The translations under genes and the position numbers were made by a program. The notes under the pieces were generated by a model. That model saw nothing but the letters and a program-made list of their open reading frames with translations. It was not told the origin of the DNA and made no database searches. Positions 38,787-48,240 of a stretch of DNA of 64,000 nucleotides are shown here, piece after piece. This DNA comes from Mantamonas sphyraenae STR306. Taxonomy: Eukaryota; Protista; CRuMs. The stretch is from contig JAPMXV010000002.1 in NCBI GenBank assembly GCA_026936335.1, positions 186,001 through 250,000 on the forward strand, read 5' to 3'. Each line of letters opens with the position of its first letter. Position 1 is the first letter of the stretch.

Positions 38787-40319
38787 ATGAACAAGCACAT
38801 TCTGCTCATTGCGTTGCTGCTCACAGCTTCGTTTGTCCAAGGTAGGTGAAGGAGTGGCGGTAGGGGAAAGAGAGCGAGATGAGGATGGTGCGTTTGTGCG
38901 CCGGCGGAGAGGAAGCTCGCGGGGCCGGAGGAAACTCGGGTTGGGAAACCGGCGTGTGCACCCCTCGCGTGGCATGGTGGGCGAGCTTGCGCACATACGT
39001 TGTGGTGGCCAGCGTGTGCCAGCGCCAGACCAACGCATGGAGAAGGTGTAAAAGTGAGCAGGAAGCAAAGGGTTGTCGGAAAACTAACTCGGGGGCATCC
39101 GCCAACACCCTTTTTTTCTCGCTGGCGATTTTTTCAGCCGCCTTCCCTGTCCTTCAGCGTGGCGACAAGGGCGACAACGTCAAGGCTCTCCAGTACCTGC
39201 TGAATGACAACGGCGTCAGCACGGGTGCTGATGGATCGTACGGCCCCGGCACCGCAGGCGCCGTGTCCAAGTTCCAGAGCTCCAAGTCGATGGGTGAGTG
39301 GTGGCCCTTTTTTTTTTCGGGAGGGGGTGGTTTCCCTCCCAGCGCACACCTGCGCTGGGGCGGGAAGCAGAGCAACAAGCGAGAGCGAGGGATGAAAGAA
39401 AGGACGGTGTGCTGACACGGTGATGGGCATGGTGTGTGATACAACAACGCACGCGTGTTGTTTTGTGGGGAATATTGTGCGTGCAGCCGCCGACGGCATC
39501 GCTGGCTCGTCGACCATTGCGCGCATGGTTCCGACCATCTCGCGTGGAAGCAGCCGCAACAACGCGGTCAAGGCAGCACAGCTGCTGCTGAGCAAGCACG
39601 GCATCCGCACGTCTGTGGACGGAGCCTTTGGCCCCGGCACGCAGAGCAACGTGCAGAAGTTCCAGTCGGCCAAGGGTCTGACGTCTTCGTCGGGCACTGT
39701 GGACCAGGCCACGTGGGAGGCCCTGTTTGGCGCCTACACTAGCGGTGGCAGCAGCTCGGGTGGCAGCAGCGGCTCGGGCAACTGGGGCACGCTGGAGCCG
39801 ATTGTCCCGAACAACTCGGGTCTGTCGTACGCTCGCCAGTCGACCATGAAGAGCGTGTTTGGCATCCCGGGTGCCTTTACGCGCGACTGCGGACCGGTGA
39901 CCAACAGCAAGCTCAAGCGCCTGATGGTGTGGAGCAAGCCGCACGGCCACTTCAAGCTGACCGGCCTGGGCCCTGCTGTCGACCTTCTGATGGCCGCTCT
40001 GGACGAGATCAAGAGCAAGTACCCTACGCTGTACTCTGCACTGACCTCTGCCGGTATGCTGTGCTGCCGCGCCGTGCGTGGCTCCAAGAGCAGCTACAGC
40101 AACCACAGCTGGGGCACCACCATTGATTTCAAGATCAACGGCGTCCTGGACCCGCGCTACGACCGCAAGGCCCAGCGCGGCCTCAACGTCATGGCTCCCA
40201 TCATGGCCAAGTATGGATTCTTCTGGGGTGGCTGGTACTCGGCAAAGTACGAGGACGCCATGCACTTTGAGATGAGCAACGAGAAGATCCTCGAGCTCCA
40301 GCGTGCCGGCAAGTGGTAA
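38787..40319 (+). CDS. Secreted peptidoglycan hydrolase: signal peptide + 2 PG_binding_1 domains + M15-family zinc peptidase (2 introns)
   Basis: Exon 1 MNKHILLIALLLTASFVQ|GTAGG. PG-binding motifs LQRGDKGDNVKALQYLL...DGSYGPGTAGAVSKFQ and VKAAQLLL...DGAFGPGTQSNVQKFQ. M15 motifs R..RG...SNHSWGTTID and FFWGG.Y...DAMHFE. Confidence 0.88.
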
Positions 40320-40475
40320 GCTTTGTCCTGTGAATCCACAATGAAACCTCAGATGCAATTTTTTGGTCGTATTCCATACTGTGCATGTTCCACATGGCGA
40401 TAGCGATATCTTCTTCAATCAGCTTTGCTCTCTCCGATTTGGCACGCGTAGAGGTGGTCCACCCTGGACGGTGAT

Positions 40476-40512
40476 GGACACCATGACATAAATACGGGAC
40501 ACCATGATATAA
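40476..40512 (+). repeat. 16-bp direct repeat pair GGACACCATGA(C/T)ATAA, 21-bp period
   Basis: 40476-40491 GGACACCATGACATAA and 40497-40512 GGACACCATGATATAA, about 100 bp upstream of the transposase ATG. Confidence 0.85.
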
Positions 40513-40611
40513 CAAGCTACGTTCACTGTCCACACACCCATGCTTTTCTTTGTTCTTGGTGTTTCCACACGTCTCCGCTCGACGAGAAAATCAAACGATT
40601 GCACAACGACA

Positions 40612-41634
40612 ATGCCGGTTCAAACCAAAGTGAATTCACTTGGTGGGGTGTTCACACCTGGTCATCCCCTTCCATTGGAACTGCGTCAACGTATGGTGGA
40701 CGACCACATTCAGAGCGGACGCTCCGCTGCAGCAACGGCTCGAATTTGGAAAGTTGCAGCCAGCACGGTACGCAAGTATGTCAAGCAGCTGCAACGGCTG
40801 AACCACGTGGCACCTTTGCCCAGATCTGGAGGGCGTCCAAGACTGCTTGCAGCAGCTGATGATGCATTCCTGAAGGATGAGCTTCGCGTGGACTGCACTC
40901 TGTTCCTCGATGAGCTGCAGAGCCGTCTGTTCCAACAGCGCCATGTGCATGCATCTCTTTCAACCATCTTTCGTGCCCTCAAGCGCATGAAATGGACGCG
41001 CAAGCAGTGTGCAGTTGTCCCACGCGAGCGCAGCCTTGCACACGTGCGTCGTCGACGCCAGGAGTTTGAGCGACTGATGCGGCACGACATCGACATGACA
41101 ATGGCCAACATTGTGTTTCTGGACGAGAGCGCAGTGCAGAATCGCACTTGCTGGAGACGGTACGGCCGAGCACGGGCCGGCTGTGACGCCGTTGTCCACG
41201 CCTTGCAAGCACGCCAGTCACGGATCTCTCTGTTGGCAGCTATCAATGCAAGGGCTCGCAATGGCATTGTGGCATTCGACATGCTCACCGGATCGTACTC
41301 ACGTCGTGACTTTGTGCACTTTCTGCGCTTCAAACTGCTTCCACGGATGCAAGCACAGGGCATGCGCATGCTGGTGATGGACAACTGTAGCATCCACAAG
41401 GGAAGTGAAGTACTTACACTGTGTGCATTGTTTGGCGTGCGTGTCGAGTTCTTGCCCGCGTACAGCCCACATTTGAATCCAATCGAATTTATGTTCAGCA
41501 AGCTCAAGGCCATGCTCAGGCGGCATTACGCACGAGTCGACGTGTGCACACCATTTGCCATCGAGCACTGTCTGCGAATGACTACGAATGGCGATGTGCG
41601 AGCGTGGGGACGCAACTGTGGGTACAGGATGTGA
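40612..41634 (+). CDS. IS630/Tc1-family DD34E transposase with paired-box-like N-terminus (340 aa, intact)
   Basis: IVFLDES (D1), LVMDNCSIH (D2) and YSPHLNPIE (E, 34 residues between D2 and E). HTH LFLDELQSRL...SLSTIFRALKR. N-terminus VNSLGGVFTPGHPLP. Confidence 0.95.
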   Translation: MPVQTKVNSLGGVFTPGHPLPLELRQRMVDDHIQSGRSAAATARIWKVAASTVRKYVKQLQRLNHVAPLPRSGGRPRLLAAADDAFLKDELRVDCTLFLDELQSRLFQQRHVHASLSTIFRALKRMKWTRKQCAVVPRERSLAHVRRRRQEFERLMRHDIDMTMANIVFLDESAVQNRTCWRRYGRARAGCDAVVHALQARQSRISLLAAINARARNGIVAFDMLTGSYSRRDFVHFLRFKLLPRMQAQGMRMLVMDNCSIHKGSEVLTLCALFGVRVEFLPAYSPHLNPIEFMFSKLKAMLRRHYARVDVCTPFAIEHCLRMTTNGDVRAWGRNCGYRM

Positions 41635-41648
41635 TGATCTTCGGTGGA

Positions 41649-41749
41649 CTGGCTGCAGCACACTCTGCATGGGGTATTAGAAAAATCCGTACTCACCTTG
41701 AGTGAGGTCTTAGTGGGCCCATGATTGCAGAGGGGTGCTCCGCCGCCAG
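41649..41749 (+). other. Long imperfect hairpin immediately 3' of the transposase
   Basis: Nested complementary arms: CTGGC/GCCAG, AGCAC/GTGCT, CTCTGCA/TGCAGAG, TGGG/CCCA, CTCAC/GTGAG. Confidence 0.5.
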
Positions 41750-42514
41750 CAAACTCCGCGTGCAAAGTGAGATTGAGATTCGAGATTCGTTGTACTTCGG
41801 TTGAGAACGGCGGGGGGTGGGGCGTTGGAACACGTGCAGAGATGTGCACTTGAAAGGAGTGTTACGAATGAACAGACGCGATGATGAGGTTGTCAAGGAT
41901 TTTCGCTTCTTCAGTGTGTTGGGTCTGCGGAGTAGGTTGAGGCAGTGCCCAAACGGCCAAGCGTCGGGCGTCCTAGGCCAGGTTGTAGCCTCCGTGGCCC
42001 ATTCGGCGTGCACCTACTGCGCATACGACATGGATTCACCGAGCCGGTTGTCGTGCAGCGTCATCTTGCACGTGATTGCATGGGCACAGAGCAAGGCGAC
42101 CCTTGCTTGGCCAATTCGTCGACACATTCGGAGCACATGATGGGACACAGACTACGGCAGGCGTTGTGCCTTGCTGTTTCAGGCAAGTCGTTCGTTGTGA
42201 CCCTGGACGAGTGGGCGAGTGTGAGGAATGGGTGCAGCCCATGCAGCCTTTGGCGCACATCCTCCGCAGCACCTCAGGAAAGTGTGGCTATGTCCAGCAT
42301 CGCCAACCTGTCTTCACAGTGGCACATGCGTAGCTGGTGAGGAGAACATCGGCTGATTCCGCCTCGAAATTGGCTTGCTGGTGAGACTCTGGAAAAAAGG
42401 CACCAGGGGCACACCCGGGTCGACGTTGCGTTGCAGTCAGATGCTCGTATCTGCGCAACATACACCTCGTGCATGTGCTCGGCTATGTCTGTTTGCGCAC
42501 GCTGGTCAAGAACA

Positions 42515-42516
42515 AT

Positions 42517-42548
<32 letters not shown>

Positions 42549-45500
42549 GCAGCGGCGGCATCACTGCTGGCTCTCCTCTGAGCAAGGCACAAAGGGACAT
42601 GGGCCAGTCTGCTGTTCGCTCTGTGCTCCACAAGCCACATGTGGCCAGTGCCACTCTGCTGGACGACACCGCGCACATTTTCAATGGTGTGTTTGCTGTG
42701 ATCGACATCAACATCCTGGACGCCGAGAAAGCCGACATCGGAGAGGAATGGGAGCGAAGTTACCTACGCAAGAGGCACATCCAAGGCAAGGTCCCCCTGC
42801 GCAATCACGTCATGCGACAGAGCAGTGTCTGGAAGGCACAGGAAGAAGCCGAGGATTTGGACGTGGACAAACGCGTTGCCATGTGTGTGGAGCATGTGTG
42901 GCAGGTTTACGTACAGACTGCTGCCAACCAGAAGCACGACGAGTGTCCTTTGCATGTGGCTGTTGACCTTGGTTATCTCTGTAAGTTACTACCGCGGCCT
43001 CTGTGATTGACACACATGCTGGATGCCCCGCAAAATCCCTGCCCTCTCGTCCCTCCTGACTCGGTACACAACACAGACTACAAGTACAGACTGTTCAGTA
43101 CAGGCAAGCAAGCGAGTGACACTGACTTTGAGCAAAAGTGCGAGTCGCTGGCCCTCCGTCTGCGTGCGCTTGTGGATACCATCGGCTCCATCGTGGCATG
43201 CTGCGTGTTTTCGCTACACATTGATCGTCACGGCACGCTGTTCAATAGTGCGGACCCAAAACAAGCGTCACATCTGCTGTACAACGTCAAGTCCATGGTA
43301 AACGCCACACTCGCCGGGGCCAAGGAGGTTGGTTTTCTGGAGGGGCACGCAAAAAAAACCCTCTCTCGGCGTGCATACGACGAGTTCACCAGCTGCATGG
43401 CACTGACTCACACTTCCCAACAGCGCCCCAGATCCAAGGACGAGGCATACACCGTGCTTCACGGGGTTGTGGCCAGACACTTCGCCAAGGACGAGCGGGT
43501 CACGGTGGTGGCACGCAAAGGTACGAGTGCAGATGCAACGATCACGGACACCTTTGCCACGAGCATCGACAAGCAGCAGGTGGATGCGTTCGTCGTGATT
43601 GCCCAAGACTCTGACTTTTACTTCTGTGCTCCGCTTGTGGAGAGCACACTGCACATCGTCGACCCAGTGAACGCGATCGTGACGTCTGTGGAACCCGGAA
43701 GGCGGAGCACAACCGCGGCCGCGGCCGTTCTCGCTGGCCGTGGCGACATATCCACCACCTATCTGCGGCTTCCACTGCCTCTTGCGCACGCGGCAGTCTC
43801 GAGCGACATGGATCTCTCCGGGCAAGCGTGTCGCAACAACCCGAAGGCATTTTTCGTCCGCTTGGCCTCCACACGGAACCCCGGAACGTTCACCTGGCTT
43901 GACGAGCACGTGGCTGACGCATCTGATGAAGACTGGCAGCTTTACGGTACTCGTTATGAGCTGGCGCGCCAGCAGAGCGGTTTGGAGAATTTGGAGGAGA
44001 TCGGCGATCCGTCGCAGAGCTCGCTCGCCGAAGACTTGGATGGATTGTGGACGGCCGTGAACAGTATGGGCATGTCCAGCAGGACGCTGGAGAGTCTGAT
44101 CCATGACCGCGTGTGCTTTGGCGCACCGGTTGATTTGGAGGAGCTGCAGCAGCTGTGCACCAGGGTGTCCACGGCGACTGTCGGATACACGCTGTACGTG
44201 GCCGTCGACGGCACGGCGCAAGCATACATCGTTCGCAACGACGAGGTCGAGGCGGGAGCACACGTACTGTTCCACGATGGAGGTCTGGCCAGCGGTGAGG
44301 TGATCGAAACAATCACACTTACGCAACCGGGCCGAAAACGCAAGAGAAAGAGCAAGAGCAAGGGCAAAGGCAAGAGCAAGGGCAAAGGCAAGAGCAAGAG
44401 CAAGGGCAAAGGCAAGAGCAATGGCAAAGGCAAAGGCAAAGGCAAGGCACGAGAGAAAATCAACGTCAAGATCCATGATCTGGAATCAGCCACGGAACAT
44501 CCACTCTACCAGGCGTTCACAGACGCCGAGAACGACAGCAAGGACCACACCGATGCTATGGACACAGAGGACAGCGCCAGCTCCAGCGCCACATCCAGTG
44601 TCGAAGATGCGCAAATTGTTCAAGATGCGCGCCCGCCTGACCCGTTCATCAGCCAAGCGGACACGATGGTATTTGGCACGGGCACGGAAGATGCACAGGA
44701 CAGCGCGTCCCAAGTACTGCTTGGGCACCCTGACATCCGCACTGCCGCCTTGGTGTTGCGCGAGATCGAGTGCTCATCGCTGCTGCGCGCTGTGAAGGAG
44801 CACGTGCGTGTCGAGGTGCACACAGACCAGGCGGATGTGGGTTCGCTCTACCTGTGTACCTTTGTCAGGCTGGGTGCAGACTGCTTTGTCCGCGGGGTGG
44901 CATGCTCCGTGGCAGAGTCGATGCACGACACGCTGGTTCGGCGCAAGTATGTCTCAACGGAGAAGGAGAGGGAGGCCCAGAGCAAAGAAAAGCAGCAACG
45001 TGACAAGCACGCCCGGGACTACGAGGAGAAACTGGAGAAGAAGGCCACCAAGGTGACAGCTACGTTGGCTGAAATCACGCCGCTGGCGCAGCACGATGTG
45101 GAGCAGGCCACCAAGGAGCTTGTGGAGCACACGCTGGGACCTACCGCCAAGACGACTGCGTACGGTGTGTCTACAAAAAACCCCAAGCACACTGTCACAC
45201 TCGCTGGTCCACACGCAGGTGACAAAGCCAGCGAACATCCGATGTTCCAGGTCGGCCAGGCCGTGGCAGGTCTCGAACGGGCTGCCACCGCGACCTTGGT
45301 GTGCGCGATCGACAGCATTGGAGCTCTATCCCAGGAAGAACACCACGGCATGAGCCTCCGCTCACACAGCAGTGCTGGTGGGCCTCGCGGACATGTTGAT
45401 GCTGCTGATCAACAGGACCACGAGTGGAGCGACGAGGAAGACACGCTTCAAGACAACAAGAAGCGCCGTCGGAGCATACAGACTACGTCGTCGATGGACA

Positions 45501-47851
45501 AGCGGCAGCGTGTCGGCACAGAGCATGAGGACGAGGGAATGTGCAGTGATGATTTTTCCGAATCTGAATCAGACTCCTTTGACTCCGGCAGCTGCTACAG
45601 CGAGGACTACGAAGAGGACGACGAAGAGGACGAGATGGAGGAAGACGGATATGATGTTGTTGCCAGCAGCAGCAGCAGCAGCAGCAGCAGCAAGTTCAGT
45701 GGCCCTTCGCCCGCCGATACTGCGTTTTTCCACTCGCAGGAACAGCTTCTGTCGTGGCTGCGGTCTCTGAGGAACCTCGTACGCGATGCAGAAGACCAAC
45801 AACGCTTCGTCGTACTGAGTGGGGACCGCAGTGGCAACACTTGGTTCCAGGACGAGCTGGTCTTCAACCACATCCACCTCGTGGCAGACTTGTCCAAACT
45901 AGATCACCCCACGGTGCTCCTGGATCTGGATGATCTGGACCTCCTGCCAGCTCGCAACAATCGAAACATGTGGAAGACGCTGTGGATGGCGACAACAAAT
46001 GCACTGGAGGAGAGCTCGCAGAAATTGCACGGAGAGTGGAAGGGAATGCTGACGAGGTTCCAGCTGGCCAACACTCTGGCGAAGCTGCAGCCCCACTTCG
46101 ACGCACTACCACGTGACACAGCAGTGGAAGCGATCGCCGAGAAACTGGACGAGGGCCCCGTCGCCGTTGCTGCCCGCCTCGCCGCCCTCAACGTCGCCTT
46201 TGGACCGAAGAAACACGGTGACGACGACACAGTGTACAAGGAGGCAACCGACGACCTGCTTGAAGCCTTGGATGCGGCTGGGATGTGCAACGCAGACGTC
46301 TTTTTCGGCCGAGAGAGCGGTGAACCCACATCCGGTGATTGGGTCGCGCTTGCTGCAGCACATGTCTCTGGACGTGGTGTGGGCGTGCCTCAAAAGCCCC
46401 GCAGCCTCTCCCCCGATGTTTGTCTCACTCCCACCACGTTGAAGGTGATGTTCAGCCTGGGCTTGCTGCAACTTCCTCCCGGCCTGCACATCGATCGTGG
46501 CGACGAAATTGAGTATGCCAACACACAAGTGCACGACTGGGCATGGGGCGGGGATACGGAGGAGCACGTACGCGTTCAGAGTCACCTGCAAGCGTACGCG
46601 AAGCACACTCTGTTGGGCGACGAAATCACCAACGAAGGACTTCAAAAAGCACGGCAGGCGAGCTCACCGGCACTGGCAATGTTGGCATGCCCTCGCGTCG
46701 CCAACCTGTCTCTGCGCACACTGGCCCGCATGACAGGAACCCTCGTCGTGTGTGGCAAGATCCTCAAATGCCAAACCTGGAACGTGCCGTCCACGCTCGC
46801 CACACTGCGCACCACGTGGCCGCGTGGAACCCAACGGCAGGAGGCCACTTTCTCTTTGCTGGAGCTTCTATCGCCTCATCATCGCTCTCTGGCATACGCA
46901 CAACCGCTCCTGAAGTCGCTGCAAAGTGAAGAACCACGGGACAAACTGATCGCTATTTGCCGGCTTTGTCGCCTGTTTGGAAGAAGACGAGTTCAGCACA
47001 TGCTAGGCGAGCGACTCATCAACTCGATTGTGGAGAGTGGCATTGGATTGAGCAGTTACGGGGAGCTGTGCCGAGGTGACCTCCACTCTGTACGGCTGCG
47101 CCATCCGACTTCCCCACCACAGTACAGCGAGACACTCGCTCTTCTGCGCAGGCTGCGCCTGTGCTTCATCGACCCCGGCTCGTACGCCACCAACGTTGTG
47201 TGTGTCGAACTGGCAACCGACGTCCAACATGGCTCCGAAACGATTGGCCGCTGGTGGAAAGTGCCAACGCTCCCACACCACGCAAGAAAGATTGACGACC
47301 ATGCACACAGTGTAGAGCGTCATGCTGCGGGCGGTGCAGACCCGACGGGAGCGGTGGCCAAGGTGCATCGCACAGGCAAGCACGCACAGACGCAGCAGAT
47401 GATGGCGAATGTGGCAAAACCTCGCAAAGAACAAGCTGCACGGACAGTGTTGTACATTGTGGGCAGTGTGACATGGACCGGATCCTCGGGTGGGTTCAAA
47501 TCAGCCATCGAATTCATCTCCAGATCCTCAATGGTGGTGCGGGTGAATGAGTACAACACCTCCAAGACTCACCATGTGTGTGGTGCTGAAACGACGTATG
47601 CGCCAGACTTGGGCTCCAACAGCCCGCACGGCCGCCTCAAACGCTGTGAATGCGACCGGTTTCGCTCACTGGGAACCCGAACCACAGCCATTGGCGCCAG
47701 CTTATCGCTCATCAGCGCAATCAACCCAACCACCGAATACCGTCGACGTTGTGTTGATCGTGATGTGAATGGGGCCTTGCAGATTGGCACTGTTGGTCTG
47801 CTCTATTCGCTCATCGGCGCACGGCCGGCCCACTTGCAGCCATGTACGTGA
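42515..47851 (+). CDS. Giant Fanzor (TnpB-family RuvC nuclease) with N-terminal FEN1/XPG-like PIN domain; exons 42515(or 42599)..42980 and 43077..47851, ~1720-1750 aa
   Basis: RuvC-I CFIDPG (D at 47171). Rearranged RuvC-II VRVNEYNTSK (E at 47549) followed by Zn-finger-like HHVC...CEC. RuvC-III DRDVNGALQI (D at 47762). XPG-like motifs VAVDLGYLYY, LHIDRHG, SADATI, IAQDSDFYF, LAGRGD. Intron 42981..43076 (GTAAGT...CTGAC...ACAG) keeps frame. Confidence 0.85.
44335..44448 (+). repeat. Lys/Gly/Ser low-complexity tandem (RKRKRKSKSKGKGKSKGKGK...) inside Fanzor
   Basis: Repeated CAAGAGCAAGGGCAAAGG-like units, preceded by the NLS-like PGRKRKRK. Confidence 0.8.
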
Positions 47852-48230
47852 GCGTGTGTGTGACGGAGTCCCTGCGCATTCGTGTGTGTCAAGGGACTCG
47901 TCACACAATTCAACCCGGCACTAAGCAGATTTGTCCGGAAACATTCGAATGTGAGTTTGCAACCCCCTCCCACGCGCAAGACGAGCTACTTACACAAGAA
48001 CACACTGTGGGTGAACGAACATTGTTGCAATTGGGGGTGGACATGATGCCGTGGGTCTGACGTGATCATCGCTTGAGCGGCAAACAGGAATAAACCTCAC
48101 ATTTTGTGAAGGGCGCAGGACGTCGCACAGTTTTTTGCAGGCAAGTGGGCTCCTTGAGTGTGTACGCGGGATTAGGAGGCGAAACTGACATTGTTGTTAC
48201 GATCCGATCCACATTCGACAATGCAGACAG
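47852..48230 (+). ncRNA. Candidate Fanzor omegaRNA scaffold
   Basis: 16-bp stem 47857-47873 / 47892-47907 (TGTGTGACG[G]AGTCCCT / AGGGACTCGTCACACA) starting 6 nt after the stop. Palindrome ACATTCGAATGT at 47941-47952. Further stems up to ~48112. Position matches where Fanzor/TnpB omegaRNAs lie; the 3' end is uncertain. Confidence 0.6.
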
Positions 48231-48240
48231 TACTCGTGGA

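Larger units (their letters stand above)
40377..48232 (+). mobile_element. Putative IS630/Tc1-mariner transposon carrying a giant XPG-Fanzor gene and candidate omegaRNA (ends provisional)
   Basis: Co-oriented DD34E transposase and TnpB/Fanzor-RuvC gene lie between host genes ending at 40319 and starting at 48241. The ends shown rest on a weak TA-flanked inverted match and are not proven. Confidence 0.7.

Noticed and set aside
38787-40319. M15 peptidase as bacterial contamination or transposon cargo
   Set aside because: It has spliceosomal introns and sits ~100 bp from RPA1, outside the provisional element end; cargo status cannot be fully excluded without other copies.
40476-40512. Mini CRISPR array next to a Cas12-like nuclease
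   Set aside because: Only two 16-bp units with a 5-bp gap, too short for repeat-spacer structure, and the context is eukaryotic.
42518-42547. (AGC)n microsatellites here and at ~16380, ~17970, ~19510 and ~45665
   Set aside because: Ordinary poly-Ser-type low-complexity tracts common across this genome.
43007-43076. ORF-track start (TTG) of the 1614-aa ORF
   Set aside because: Falls inside the predicted intron; the real start is upstream at 42515 or 42599.
48006-48030. Partial inverted similarity (GTGAACG....TTGTT) to 40511-40532 as a terminal inverted repeat
   Set aside because: Short, gapped and not TA-flanked; cannot be told from chance.
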